A stretch of DNA of 61,416 nt from an uncultured Piscirickettsiaceae bacterium (GTDB lineage: Bacteria; Pseudomonadota; Gammaproteobacteria; GCF-002020875): contig CAYFOR010000003.1 of assembly GCA_964344785.1 (NCBI GenBank), positions 1 through 61,416 of the forward strand. The letters run 5' to 3'. The stretch's first letter is position 1; each line of letters starts with the position of its first letter. The notes under the pieces are model-generated. The model ran no database searches, was not told where the DNA came from, and was given only the letters and a program-made list of their open reading frames with translations. Shown here in pieces: positions 15,986 to 28,184 of the stretch. Both the position numbers and the translations under genes were made by a program.

Positions 15986-16877
15986 GATCTTTGGATCGAC
16001 GACGGAAAATCTTCTTTCTGCGAGGCTGCTTTTCACCCTCCCGCTTACGCCCTGAAAGCGGTTTCTTGAGCTGCAATGGTCGGCCCACATCGATACCCAC
16101 CATCAACTGCAACTCCCGAACCTCGGCGCGATCCAGCTCCCGGCTCTTGCCTACCCTCAGCTTGTCCAGAAAGATGGGGCCGAACCGAACCCGCATCAAG
16201 CGGCTGACCGTCAATCCCACCGCTTCCCACATGCGGCGCACCTCACGATTGCGCCCCTCCTGCAGTACCACATGGTACCAGTGGTTGGCCCCCTTGCCGC
16301 CAGATTCAACAATATCACTGAAACGGGCGACACCATCTTCCAGCTCCACCCCGCTACGCAACTGCTCCATCTGTTCAGCCGATACCTCTCCAAGCACCCG
16401 TACCGCATACTCCCGATCAATCGCGGAGGATGGATGCATCAAACGGTGGGCCAGCTCACCATCGGTGGTAAAGAGCAGCAGCCCCGAGGTGTTGTAATCG
16501 AGCCGACCGACCACAATCCAGCGTGCTCCACTGATTTTCGGCAGGTGGTTGAATACATTGTCGCGCCCCTGGGGGTCATTCCTCGCCGTCACCTGACCGG
16601 CGGGTTTGTGATAGAGCAGTACCCTGGCCTGTGACTGCTTGGTACTGCCGGAGAAAGGGTGAATCAGATCACCATTGAGCCGGATTTCATCACCGGGAGT
16701 CACCCGCACCCCGAGTGTTGCGGGGCGGCGATTCACCTTGATCCGCCCCTCTCGAATCCACTGTTCCACCTGACGCCGAGAGCCGATCCCCGCACGCGCC
16801 ATCACCTTCTGCAGGCGTTCACCTTCCGTAACCTCGGAGCCGGATTGATCCGAACTGTTATGACTCTCCTGTTTCAT
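15972..16877 (-). CDS. rluB: 23S rRNA pseudouridine synthase B
   Basis: ATG 16877 chosen. S4 domain RLQKVMARAGIGSRRQVEQWI, catalytic motif VGRLDYNTSGLLLFTTDG, basic C-terminal tail. Confidence 0.85.
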   Translation of the reverse strand: MKQESHNSSDQSGSEVTEGERLQKVMARAGIGSRRQVEQWIREGRIKVNRRPATLGVRVTPGDEIRLNGDLIHPFSGSTKQSQARVLLYHKPAGQVTARNDPQGRDNVFNHLPKISGARWIVVGRLDYNTSGLLLFTTDGELAHRLMHPSSAIDREYAVRVLGEVSAEQMEQLRSGVELEDGVARFSDIVESGGKGANHWYHVVLQEGRNREVRRMWEAVGLTVSRLMRVRFGPIFLDKLRVGKSRELDRAEVRELQLMVGIDVGRPLQLKKPLSGRKREGEKQPRRKKIFRRRSKDHGSG

Positions 16878-17502
16878 CCTCAACCGCCGTATTATCCACC
16901 ACCAATTCAAGATCCACCTTGTGATCCTCCTCTGCATGGGGGTCACGGTCCCCCAGCTCGAACTCCTGATTCATCGGCCCCAACGCCTTCAGCTCCATCA
17001 AGGTCGGCATCTCCTCCAGCGACTTCAGACCAAAATAGTCCAGAAACTTTCGGCTGGTTCCATACATCGCCGGTCGTCCCGGCACATCGCGATGTCCAAG
17101 CAAGCGAATCCACTCCCGCTCCTGCAGCGTCTTCATGATGTTGCTGCTGACCGCAACCCCGCGAATCTCCTCAATCTCGCCCCGAGTGATCGGCTGCCGA
17201 TAGGCTATCAGTGCCATGGTCTCCAGCAGTGCACGAGAGTAGCGTGCGGGTTTCTCCTCCCAGAGACGGTTGATCCACGGAGAGAGCTGCTGCCGGACCT
17301 GCATGCGCCAACCGCTGGCAACCTCGACAATCTCATAGCCACGCCCTTCACACTCCTGCTGCAGCACCGTCAACACCTCCAGCACCTCTCTTCGTTCCGG
17401 TTGTGCATCCATCTCGAACAGAGCCAGCAGCGCCTTGATGCTGAGCGGTTTTCCCGAGGCCATCAATGCCGCCTCGATGATATTTTTCAGACTGGTCTCC
17501 AT
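16858..17502 (-). CDS. scpB: Segregation and condensation protein B
   Basis: 214 aa. ScpB-type winged-helix repeats (LETMALIAYRQPITRGEIEEIRGV...). Immediately downstream of scpA. Confidence 0.85.
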   Translation of the reverse strand: METSLKNIIEAALMASGKPLSIKALLALFEMDAQPERREVLEVLTVLQQECEGRGYEIVEVASGWRMQVRQQLSPWINRLWEEKPARYSRALLETMALIAYRQPITRGEIEEIRGVAVSSNIMKTLQEREWIRLLGHRDVPGRPAMYGTSRKFLDYFGLKSLEEMPTLMELKALGPMNQEFELGDRDPHAEEDHKVDLELVVDNTAVEDETGES

Positions 17503-17505
17503 CCG

Positions 17506-18375
17506 CTACACCCGTTCCCCTCTCTCTACCGAAACCTCATTCGGCGGACCGATGTAGATCGGCCCGAAAGGTTCATTCTGTACCACACCAACCAATGCCT
17601 CCTTAATCAACTCCAGCACTGCCATCAACGAGATCACCACACCAGCACGCCCCTCTTCGACCACAAACAGTGATTCGAACGGGATGAACTGCTCTTCACC
17701 CTCCTCCCGCAGCGCTTCCAGGCGGATCAATACCCGACTCATACGCTCCCGAATCGACAGCGGCTCTCTCTGCACATGGTGACTGTTGAACAGCTCGGCC
17801 CGTTGCAGCACCTCACTGAACGCCGTCAACAGTGCCTGCAACTGAACCTCGGGTTGCGGTCGCGGTCCGCGCATGGGGGCGCCAATCTCCACCGGATTGA
17901 TATCCCGCTCCAACCGCGGCAGGGTGTCCAGCTCCTCTGCAGCACGCTTCACCTGCTCGTACTCCTGCAGTCTGCGGATCAATTCGGCACGCGGATCTTC
18001 CTCATCCTCGGTCTCTTCATGACGGGGCAGCAGCATGCGCGACTTGATCTCTGCCAACAGTGCAGCCATCACCAGGTATTCGGCCGCCAGGTCGAGATTG
18101 AGTGCCTGCATCATCTCCACATAGCTGATGTATTGACGGGTCACCTCGGCAATCGGGATGTTGAGAACATCGAGATTCTGGCGGCGAATCAGGTAGAGCA
18201 GCAGATCCATCGGCCCCTCAAAGGCCTCCAGCACAACCTTGAGTGCATCGGGCGGGATATAGAGATCTTCCGGAAGACGCTCAAGCTGCTCTCCCGATAT
18301 CCGAATCTCGGCCAACAGTGCCTCCTGTTCAAGATCCGCCTCGCCCGACTCCTCCAGTGGTAACTCTTCATTCAT
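17506..18375 (-). CDS. scpA: Segregation and condensation protein A (kleisin)
   Basis: 289 aa. FEGPMDLLLYLIRRQNLDVLNIPIAEVTRQY is the typical ScpA N-terminus. Confidence 0.85.
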   Translation of the reverse strand: MNEELPLEESGEADLEQEALLAEIRISGEQLERLPEDLYIPPDALKVVLEAFEGPMDLLLYLIRRQNLDVLNIPIAEVTRQYISYVEMMQALNLDLAAEYLVMAALLAEIKSRMLLPRHEETEDEEDPRAELIRRLQEYEQVKRAAEELDTLPRLERDINPVEIGAPMRGPRPQPEVQLQALLTAFSEVLQRAELFNSHHVQREPLSIRERMSRVLIRLEALREEGEEQFIPFESLFVVEEGRAGVVISLMAVLELIKEALVGVVQNEPFGPIYIGPPNEVSVERGERV

Positions 18376-18425
18376 GGTAACTATTCACCAGTGTCTGTAA
18401 CTGATTCAGATTTCCCCTGAAATCG

Positions 18426-19664
18426 CTACTTGTAGGAGAGCCCCATCGCATGGCGCACCTCCACCATGGTGCGCTTCGCCTCTTCACGGGCCAACTCCCC
18501 ACCCTCTTCAATGATCCCCCGCACCCGCATCGGGTCTTCGGTAAACTTCAGTGCGCGCTCCTGCATCGGCTGCAATTCTCTAAGCACACCATCCACCACC
18601 GGCTGCTTGCACTCCAGACAACCGATTCCTGCACTTCGGCACCCTTCGGCCAGTGTTGCCTGATCACTCTCATCGGTATAGATCTGGTGCAATTGCCATA
18701 CCGGACACTTTTCCGGCTCGCCGGGATCACTCTTGCGAACCCGTGCCGGGTCAGTCGGCATGGTGCGGATTTTCCGCTCCACCTCTTCGGCCGACTCGCG
18801 CAACGAGATGGTGTTGTTATAGGACTTCGACATTTTCTGCCCATCCAGCCCCGGCATCTTCGATGCCTTGGTCAACAGCGCCTGCGGCTCCGGCAGAATG
18901 ATCTTTCCACCCCCTTCCAGGTATCCGAAGAGCCGTTCCCGATCGCCAATAGTGATATTCTGCTGTGACTCCAGCAACGCACGGGCCGTCTCCAGCGCCT
19001 CATGATCCCCCTCTTCCAGATAGCTCTTGCGCAGCCGCTTATAGAGTTTTGAACTCTTCTTTCCCATCTTCTTGATCGCCGCCTCCGCCTTCTCCTTGAA
19101 ACCGGACTCCTTGCCATAGAGGTGGTTGAATCTGCGGGCCACCTCACGGGTCAGCTCTACATGGGCCACCTGATCTTCCCCAACCGGTACATGGGCGGCC
19201 CGATAGGCGAGGATGTCGGCACTCTGCAGCAGAGGGTAGCCGAGAAAACCGTAGGTGGAGAGATCACGCTCCTTGAGCTTCTCCTGCTGATCCTTGTAGG
19301 TCGGCACCCGCTCCAGCCAACTGAGTGGTGTCATCATCGAAAGCAGGGTGTGAAGTTCGGCGTGTTCCGGTACCTGTGACTGGATGAAGATACGGGAATC
19401 ACTCGGATCGATTCCGGCCGCAAGCCAGTCGATCACCATCTCCCACACACTCTGATCGATAATCGAAGGGTCCTCGTAATGGGTAGTCAGCGCATGCCAG
19501 TCCGCCACAAAAAAGAAGCACTCATACTCCTCCTGCAGCCGTGTCCAGTTGTTCAGCACCCCATGATAGTGTCCCAGATGGAGGCGTCCGGTCGGACGCA
19601 TGCCCGAGACAACACGCTGAAACTGGGAGGGGATGGAGGCATTACTGTTTGTGATTGTGTTCAT
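18426..19664 (-). CDS. trpS: Tryptophan--tRNA ligase (long form)
   Basis: 412 aa. HIGH-type motif GRLHLGHYHG and KMSKS both present. Confidence 0.9.
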   Translation of the reverse strand: MNTITNSNASIPSQFQRVVSGMRPTGRLHLGHYHGVLNNWTRLQEEYECFFFVADWHALTTHYEDPSIIDQSVWEMVIDWLAAGIDPSDSRIFIQSQVPEHAELHTLLSMMTPLSWLERVPTYKDQQEKLKERDLSTYGFLGYPLLQSADILAYRAAHVPVGEDQVAHVELTREVARRFNHLYGKESGFKEKAEAAIKKMGKKSSKLYKRLRKSYLEEGDHEALETARALLESQQNITIGDRERLFGYLEGGGKIILPEPQALLTKASKMPGLDGQKMSKSYNNTISLRESAEEVERKIRTMPTDPARVRKSDPGEPEKCPVWQLHQIYTDESDQATLAEGCRSAGIGCLECKQPVVDGVLRELQPMQERALKFTEDPMRVRGIIEEGGELAREEAKRTMVEVRHAMGLSYK

Positions 19665-19676
19665 GAAACTTGTCGA

Positions 19677-20333
19677 TTAGAAACCCGCGATAGAAAAAAG
19701 TGCATTACTGATCCCAAAAACGATCGGGCCGAGCGTCTGGCCCAAGAGCCCGGTCGCCAACAGCACGATCAGGATGATCATTCCGTATGGCTCGATTCGG
19801 GAAAACTGCCAGGAGAGTGGCCCAGGCAGCAAACCGGTAACGATTCGCCCCCCATCCAGCGGGGGCAACGGTACCAGATTGAGTACCATCAACACCACAT
19901 TGATCAGCACCCCCGCCTGCCCCATATAGATCATCGGTGCTGCCATCCAGGGAGAGAGGTGCTGCAGCACGACACCAATCATGATCACCCCCAGCCAGAA
20001 CAGTGCCATCACTCCATTGGAAAGCGGTCCGGCCAGGGCCACCCAGACCATATCCTGTTTCGGATTGCGAAGATTCTGGGTCGTCACTGGCACCGGTTTG
20101 GCCCAGCCGAAGACAAAACCGGTCTGCATCACCACCAGCAGCAGTGGCAACAGCACCGTTCCCATCGGATCGATATGCTTGAGCGGATTGAGCGTAAGAC
20201 GCCCCATCATCATCGCGGTCTTGTCCCCACGCAGTTTGGCAACCCAACCGTGGGCCACCTCATGTACGGTAATTGCGAAGAGCACCGGCAGCGCCCAGAT
20301 CGCCACCATCTGCATCATGGAGAGTTCGTTCAT
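19677..20333 (-). CDS. Site-2 protease family (M50) membrane metalloprotease
   Basis: 218 aa, polytopic. HEVAHGW zinc motif in the first TM region. Confidence 0.8.
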   Translation of the reverse strand: MNELSMMQMVAIWALPVLFAITVHEVAHGWVAKLRGDKTAMMMGRLTLNPLKHIDPMGTVLLPLLLVVMQTGFVFGWAKPVPVTTQNLRNPKQDMVWVALAGPLSNGVMALFWLGVIMIGVVLQHLSPWMAAPMIYMGQAGVLINVVLMVLNLVPLPPLDGGRIVTGLLPGPLSWQFSRIEPYGMIILIVLLATGLLGQTLGPIVFGISNALFSIAGF

Positions 20334-20514
20334 CTTGACCTATTTTCAGTGTAACTATTCAGTTTATCCAAGCAGTACTGCCTGCAGTTCCATCGTTCTG
20401 AGCTGTTTGTCATTCATCTTTACTACACTGATTCAGGAGGAGATGACAGAAAAGGCCATCTCTCAAGGCTGCATCAATCGTTATCCGCTACAGCAGCCAC
20501 TATCCCTATTATAC

Positions 20515-21135
20515 CTATTCGAATAGTGCAGGATCACCACAACCTACGCGCACGATTTCGGGAAATCCATTTTCCATGTTGACGACCGTGGTCGGCTCCA
20601 CACCACAGTGTCCACCATCCACAATGACATCGATCGCATACCCGAGCTGCTCATCGATATCATCCACATCACTCAACGGGAAATCACTATCCGGGGGCAT
20701 CAGGGTAGAGCTCATCAACGGTCCCCCCAACGCCTCCATCAGCGCCTGGGCAATGGGGTTGTCGGGTACGCGCAGCCCGATGGTCTTCTTCTTGGGGTGC
20801 TGCAACCGCCTGGGCACCTCTCTGCTCGCCTTGAGAATAAAGGTATAGGGGCCTGGCATCACCCGTTTCATCAAGCGGAAAGAGGTGTTATCCACCTTCG
20901 CGTAGAGGCTCAGATCAGACAGGTTGGGGCAGACCAGCGTGAAGTTGTGCCGGTTATCGGCACGGCGAATACGACGAATACGATCCATTGCATGCTTGTC
21001 CCCAATCGGACAACCCAGGGCATAGCTGGAGTCGGTCGGATAGGCGATCACCCCATCCTGACGCATGATCTCCACCGCTTGCTGAATCAGTCGAGGCTGC
21101 GGGTTCTTGGGGTGAATTTCGATGACCTTTGCCAC
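20515..21135 (-). CDS. yciO: YciO / L-threonylcarbamoyladenylate synthase family protein
   Basis: GTG 21135 chosen so the product begins VAKVIEIHPKNPQPRLIQQAVEIMRQDGVIAYPTDSSYALGC (YrdC fold) and no longer overlaps trpH. The ORF track extends to 21168. Confidence 0.8.
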   Translation of the reverse strand: MAKVIEIHPKNPQPRLIQQAVEIMRQDGVIAYPTDSSYALGCPIGDKHAMDRIRRIRRADNRHNFTLVCPNLSDLSLYAKVDNTSFRLMKRVMPGPYTFILKASREVPRRLQHPKKKTIGLRVPDNPIAQALMEALGGPLMSSTLMPPDSDFPLSDVDDIDEQLGYAIDVIVDGGHCGVEPTTVVNMENGFPEIVRVGCGDPALFE

Positions 21136-21140
21136 AGCGA

Positions 21141-21971
21141 CTACCAGCGCTCCCAGATCGGCTCGCACCCTTTGGGTAGCGCAGGCAACCGACCCAGCTC
21201 AACCCAGCGGTTGCCGGGGTCATGGAAGTCGGAGCCACGTGAGGCGGCAAGACCAAAATCGGCTGCATGTCTTGCCATGGTCCGGGCCTCCTGATCGGTA
21301 TGGCTGCTTGAAATCACCTCGATACCGGCCCCTCCATGTTCGGCAAACTCTCCCAACAGGGCACGCAGTTTGGTACGGGTCATCCTGTAACGGGCCGGAT
21401 GTGCCACCACCGCATCGCCACCGGCCGCAGAGATCCAGCCGACCGCATCCTCCAGCGTTGCCCAGTCACCGGAGACATACCCTGCCTTGCCCCGCAGCAG
21501 AAAACGGTTGAAGGCCTGCTGCAGGCCATCGGCCAATCCTTGATCCACCAGCATGCGTCCGTAATGGGTGCGGGTCAGCAGTGCGCCCTGTCGGTGAGCC
21601 AGTGCCTTCTCATAAGCACTCACCACACCGGCCTTCTCCAGCCGACGCCCGATCTCTTCACCACGCCAGCTACGGAACTGACGAATCTGCTCCAGACCTG
21701 CCTGCAGTTGAGGATGACCCGGATCGATATTCAGCCCAACAATATGGACTGTCTGTTTGCCCCAAGTGACTGAAATCTCGACACCGCCCAATAACCGGAT
21801 ATCCATTTCCTCTGCAGCAGACAACGCCTCACCCAGACCGGCCACCTCATCGTGATCGGTCAGGGCCAGGACATCTACACCCTTGGCAACCGCACGCTCG
21901 ACCAGTGCTGCCGGAGAGAGCGTTCCATCAGATACCGTGGAGTGGCTATGGAGGTCATAGTTCAGCAACAT
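21141..21971 (-). CDS. trpH: PHP-domain phosphoesterase (TrpH/YciV, RNase AM family)
   Basis: 276 aa. N-terminal YDLHSHSTVSDG PHP motif. Confidence 0.85.
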   Translation of the reverse strand: MLLNYDLHSHSTVSDGTLSPAALVERAVAKGVDVLALTDHDEVAGLGEALSAAEEMDIRLLGGVEISVTWGKQTVHIVGLNIDPGHPQLQAGLEQIRQFRSWRGEEIGRRLEKAGVVSAYEKALAHRQGALLTRTHYGRMLVDQGLADGLQQAFNRFLLRGKAGYVSGDWATLEDAVGWISAAGGDAVVAHPARYRMTRTKLRALLGEFAEHGGAGIEVISSSHTDQEARTMARHAADFGLAASRGSDFHDPGNRWVELGRLPALPKGCEPIWERW

Positions 21972-22038
21972 CGTGCGTGTTATCAGGTATAGTACCGCCT
22001 ATATCAGTGAAACAGCCGATTTTACCATTATCAATCCC

Positions 22039-22632
22039 ATGAAATTTCTGTTTGACCTATTTCCCGTCATTCTTTTCTTTGTTGCCTACAAGATGTATGA
22101 CATCTTCGTTGCAACCGCTGCCGCCATTGCAGCCTCTGCCATTCAGGTTGCGATATTCTGGCTGCAACATCGCCGCTTCGAGAAGATGCATCTGATCACG
22201 CTGGCCCTGATTACTGTTCTGGGCGGTGCGACACTCATCTTCCAGGATGCGCTGTTCATCAAGTGGAAGGTCACGATCGTCAACTGGATGTTTGCGCTTG
22301 CCTTCATCGGCAGTTTCTTTATTGGAGAGAAGACCCTGGTCCAGCGGATGATGGAGGGCAGCATTACCCTTCCTGCCGAGGTCTGGAATCGGCTCAATTG
22401 GGGCTGGGGCATCTTCTTTATCGTTGTCGGGCTGATCAATATCTATGTTGCCTTCTACTATGGGCTGGAACTGGATGAGCAGACCCGAGAGGAGATCTGG
22501 GTCAACTTCAAACTGTTCGGCGTGATGGGACTCACCTTTGCCTTTGTCATCGCACAGGCACTCTATATGACCCGGCACATTCAGGATGAAGAGGAAGAGA
22601 CCGCCACCATTACCAGTGAAGAGAAGGAATAG
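22039..22632 (+). CDS. yciB: Intracellular septation protein A
   Basis: ATG 22039 gives [26 protein letters not shown]. Five hydrophobic segments and an acidic C-terminal tail. Confidence 0.85.
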   Translation: MKFLFDLFPVILFFVAYKMYDIFVATAAAIAASAIQVAIFWLQHRRFEKMHLITLALITVLGGATLIFQDALFIKWKVTIVNWMFALAFIGSFFIGEKTLVQRMMEGSITLPAEVWNRLNWGWGIFFIVVGLINIYVAFYYGLELDEQTREEIWVNFKLFGVMGLTFAFVIAQALYMTRHIQDEEEETATITSEEKE

Positions 22633-22637
22633 AGCCG

Positions 22638-22937
22638 ATGTACTATGTAATTACCGGAAAGGATAGAGAAGAGAGCCTTGAAACACGTCTTGAGGTTCGC
22701 CCTCAGCACCTTGCAAGACTGCAACAACTGCAGAATGAAGGCCGGTTGCTGCTGGCCGGTCCGTTCCCGGCGATCGATAGTGAAGACCCCGGCCCCGCCG
22801 GATTCAGTGGCAGTCTGATTGTGGCTGAGTTCAACTCTCTGAAAGCGGCCTCCGACTGGGCCGACCAGGACCCCTACATGCTGGCCGGTGTCTATACCGA
22901 GGTGAGCGTCAAACCATTCAAGAAGGTGCTACCCTGA
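22638..22937 (+). CDS. yciI: YciI family protein
   Basis: 99 aa. RPQHLARL...GRLLLAGP...DPY pattern. Conserved position after yciB. Confidence 0.85.
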   Translation: MYYVITGKDREESLETRLEVRPQHLARLQQLQNEGRLLLAGPFPAIDSEDPGPAGFSGSLIVAEFNSLKAASDWADQDPYMLAGVYTEVSVKPFKKVLP

Positions 22938-24734
22938 CAGCTCCGGCTGCCCTCTCTGGTCTATATTCTGATCATCATTCTGATCATCCTGCGGCAGGAT
23001 AGCCCGAATCGTCGTCCCTGTTCCCGCCCCTTCACTTTCAATGGTGATCTCGCCACCAATGCCGTTGAGATAGTTGTTGATTGAGTGGAGGCCAACACCA
23101 CTACCGGTACTCTTGGTGGTATAGCCATACTTGAAGATATCCTCCTGCTTCTCCTTTGGAATACCGCAACCGGTGTCCTGTACCTCCAGCAGAATTCTTT
23201 CCCCCTCCAGTTCTACTGAACGAACCCGAACGAATGGCTTCTCCAGCACCTCCCCATCTTCTCTACGCTGTTGCACTGCCTCAAAACTGTTCTTGACCAT
23301 ATTCAGCAGCATCTGCATGGTCAGGTTTCTGGGGATATTCATCTCGATATCGTCCGGCACCTCCACGATCAGATCAATGTGGTATCGATTGAACTTGTCT
23401 TCAATCAGGTCCAGTGTGTCATGCACCATCTGCAATAGATTGAAGCGGGTCGACTGTGCGCCTGCCTTGGCATCCTGCCGAAACATTCGGATGATTTCAC
23501 TGACGTGGTTGATCGCATTACCCAGCTTTTCGGCACGGCCACGTACTCCACCGGCCCGACCCATCTTGCGCTCACCATGACAGATCTTTTCGATCGCCTC
23601 TGACAATGCACCCAGCCCCAGCTCCAGTTTTTCCTGGTTCAGCTTGTCCTGCTGAACACCCCGCTGCAGCACCTGAATACCCTTGACCAGCAGCTCCATC
23701 TCCTTGATGCCCTGGGCGACCCCGCCCAGATTGCCATGCATTCCCGTCAACACATTGCCAATGTTATGCATCACGGTGGCACTCATCTCGGCAATACCGG
23801 CCTGAAATGCCTCATACTGCTCCTTGTGCCCCTGTTTGACCTGTCCACTGATATCATGCAGCACCAACAAGGCACCGCTGCTTTTGGCCAGCCTTGCCTT
23901 GGTCTGCTTCAGTAGTGCAATGTTGAGCTGGACCGGAAGGCGCTCCTGCCCCGGCCTCAACAGACGGTACTGAAGACGGACCCTCTCCTCGGTCTCCTCG
24001 ATCAACCGTCCCATGGTCGAGATCTTGAACAGTTCAAGACGCCTCGATTTCTGCGCACCATGGAGCAGCAGCAACATGAAGCGCTGCTCACCTGATTTGA
24101 GTGGTACCACCTCAAACTCAAGATTCCTCTTGTCTCCCCCTGATGTAGTGAAGCCAAGGCTATGGCTACCCTTGATGTTGGTAATCGACTCCTGCACATA
24201 GATATCGATCAGCCGCTGGTAGAGATCCTTGACCGACTCGGAGATCAACGGCTCGAGAGTACCCCCAACCAGCACCTCAATAGACCATCCGGTAAGCTCC
24301 TCCATAGCCGCATTGGAGAGCCGCACCTTGCCCTCTGCATCCACCAGCAGCAGTGCAACCGGTGCCTCTGCACAAAGGTCCTCGAACATGTCGTACTGAC
24401 GCTCCAGCAGTACATTGAGTGGTGCTGCCAGATGGGTCAACAGATCCATCAGATCACTATTCTCGGACTCCTCGATAAAGAGGACACTGGCAGGTTTTCC
24501 TTTCAGCTCCTCCAGTGACCGGCCACACATCCGCTCCAGTTGAGGGTTGACCTTCTGGATGAACCCCTCCAGGTCAATGACGGCCATACCCTCATTGGTC
24601 GAGTGCAATATGGAACTGATCTGATCTTTTGCATCACTCAGCTCTGCAGTACGCTCGGCCAACTGCTGCTCAAGACCGGCGATCATCCCCATTAACAGGG
24701 TATCGGATGACTCATTTTCGGATGCATCACTCAT
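22929..24734 (-). CDS. Cytoplasmic PAS-domain sensor histidine kinase (orphan)
   Basis: ATG 24734 chosen. No TM segments. PAS-like regions, H-box-like [16 protein letters not shown], and an HATPase region with NSFEA, DTGCGIP and GSGVGLHS. Confidence 0.75.
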   Translation of the reverse strand: MSDASENESSDTLLMGMIAGLEQQLAERTAELSDAKDQISSILHSTNEGMAVIDLEGFIQKVNPQLERMCGRSLEELKGKPASVLFIEESENSDLMDLLTHLAAPLNVLLERQYDMFEDLCAEAPVALLLVDAEGKVRLSNAAMEELTGWSIEVLVGGTLEPLISESVKDLYQRLIDIYVQESITNIKGSHSLGFTTSGGDKRNLEFEVVPLKSGEQRFMLLLLHGAQKSRRLELFKISTMGRLIEETEERVRLQYRLLRPGQERLPVQLNIALLKQTKARLAKSSGALLVLHDISGQVKQGHKEQYEAFQAGIAEMSATVMHNIGNVLTGMHGNLGGVAQGIKEMELLVKGIQVLQRGVQQDKLNQEKLELGLGALSEAIEKICHGERKMGRAGGVRGRAEKLGNAINHVSEIIRMFRQDAKAGAQSTRFNLLQMVHDTLDLIEDKFNRYHIDLIVEVPDDIEMNIPRNLTMQMLLNMVKNSFEAVQQRREDGEVLEKPFVRVRSVELEGERILLEVQDTGCGIPKEKQEDIFKYGYTTKSTGSGVGLHSINNYLNGIGGEITIESEGAGTGTTIRAILPQDDQNDDQNIDQRGQPELSG

Positions 24735-24839
24735 TCGATGGATTATCCCCCTATTCTTTTCAATACACCAGAGGGGAAATGGGCAAGGCACATGAGATCC
24801 ATTATCATCGGATTCATCATCAGATAACGGGATATAAAG

Positions 24840-25097
24840 ATGACACCAACAGAACGCATTGAGGCGATACACAGCCTACTGACAGAGGTATTGGCTCCGA
24901 CACAGCTGGATATCGAGGATAACTCCGCCGAACACACCGGACACAAAAGTGCGGGTGGCGCCGGACACTTCACAGTGCACATCGCCAGTACACAATTTGA
25001 AGGAAAACGGCTGATCGAAAAACACCGTATGGTCTATGATGCGGTAGCCCCGTTAATGGAGAGTGAAATCCATGCTCTCAGCATCAAGGTGCTCTGA
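24840..25097 (+). CDS. BolA family protein
   Basis: 85 aa. ...SAEHTGH...GHFTVHIASTQFEGKRLIEKHRMVYDAV...IHALSIK. Confidence 0.8.
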   Translation: MTPTERIEAIHSLLTEVLAPTQLDIEDNSAEHTGHKSAGGAGHFTVHIASTQFEGKRLIEKHRMVYDAVAPLMESEIHALSIKVL

Positions 25098-25253
25098 TTT
25101 TCTGCAATAGAACAGAAACAGTTTGGCGGTATGATCTGTACTCTGGTACTTGAATACCATGACTCATCGCACAGGCATCTCCCAGCCTGCTGCACCCATT
25201 GATGATTGCCGTGTTCGAGTACCAGAAAACAGACCAAACTGGAGATAACCCTT

Positions 25254-25466
25254 ATGACAAAAAACGTAGGCGGCCTTGACCGCATTCTTCGCATCGTACT
25301 TGGTGCCATCCTGATCACAGCCACTGCAATGGGCGCACTCCCTGCCTGGGGCCTGATCGGACTGATTCCGCTGGCCACCGGGCTGATCTCATGGTGTCCG
25401 GTCTATCCGTTGCTCGGAATCAATACCTGTCCGGCCAGGGACGAATCGGACAAAACCGGGGCATAA
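25254..25466 (+). CDS. DUF2892 (YgaP C-terminal-like) small membrane protein
   Basis: ATG 25254 gives MTKNVGGLDRILRIVLGAILI...WCPVYPLLGINTC. Confidence 0.7.
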   Translation: MTKNVGGLDRILRIVLGAILITATAMGALPAWGLIGLIPLATGLISWCPVYPLLGINTCPARDESDKTGA

Positions 25467-25479
25467 CTACGTGTACGGG

Positions 25480-28180
<2,701 letters not shown>

Positions 28181-28184
28181 AGCG

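Noticed and set aside
18378-18388. Shared 11-mer gtaactattca just upstream of the scpA start and again upstream of the M50 protease start (20351-20361)
   Set aside because: Hundreds of 11-mer coincidences are expected by chance in 61 kb, the spacing to the start codons differs, and there is no extended similarity.
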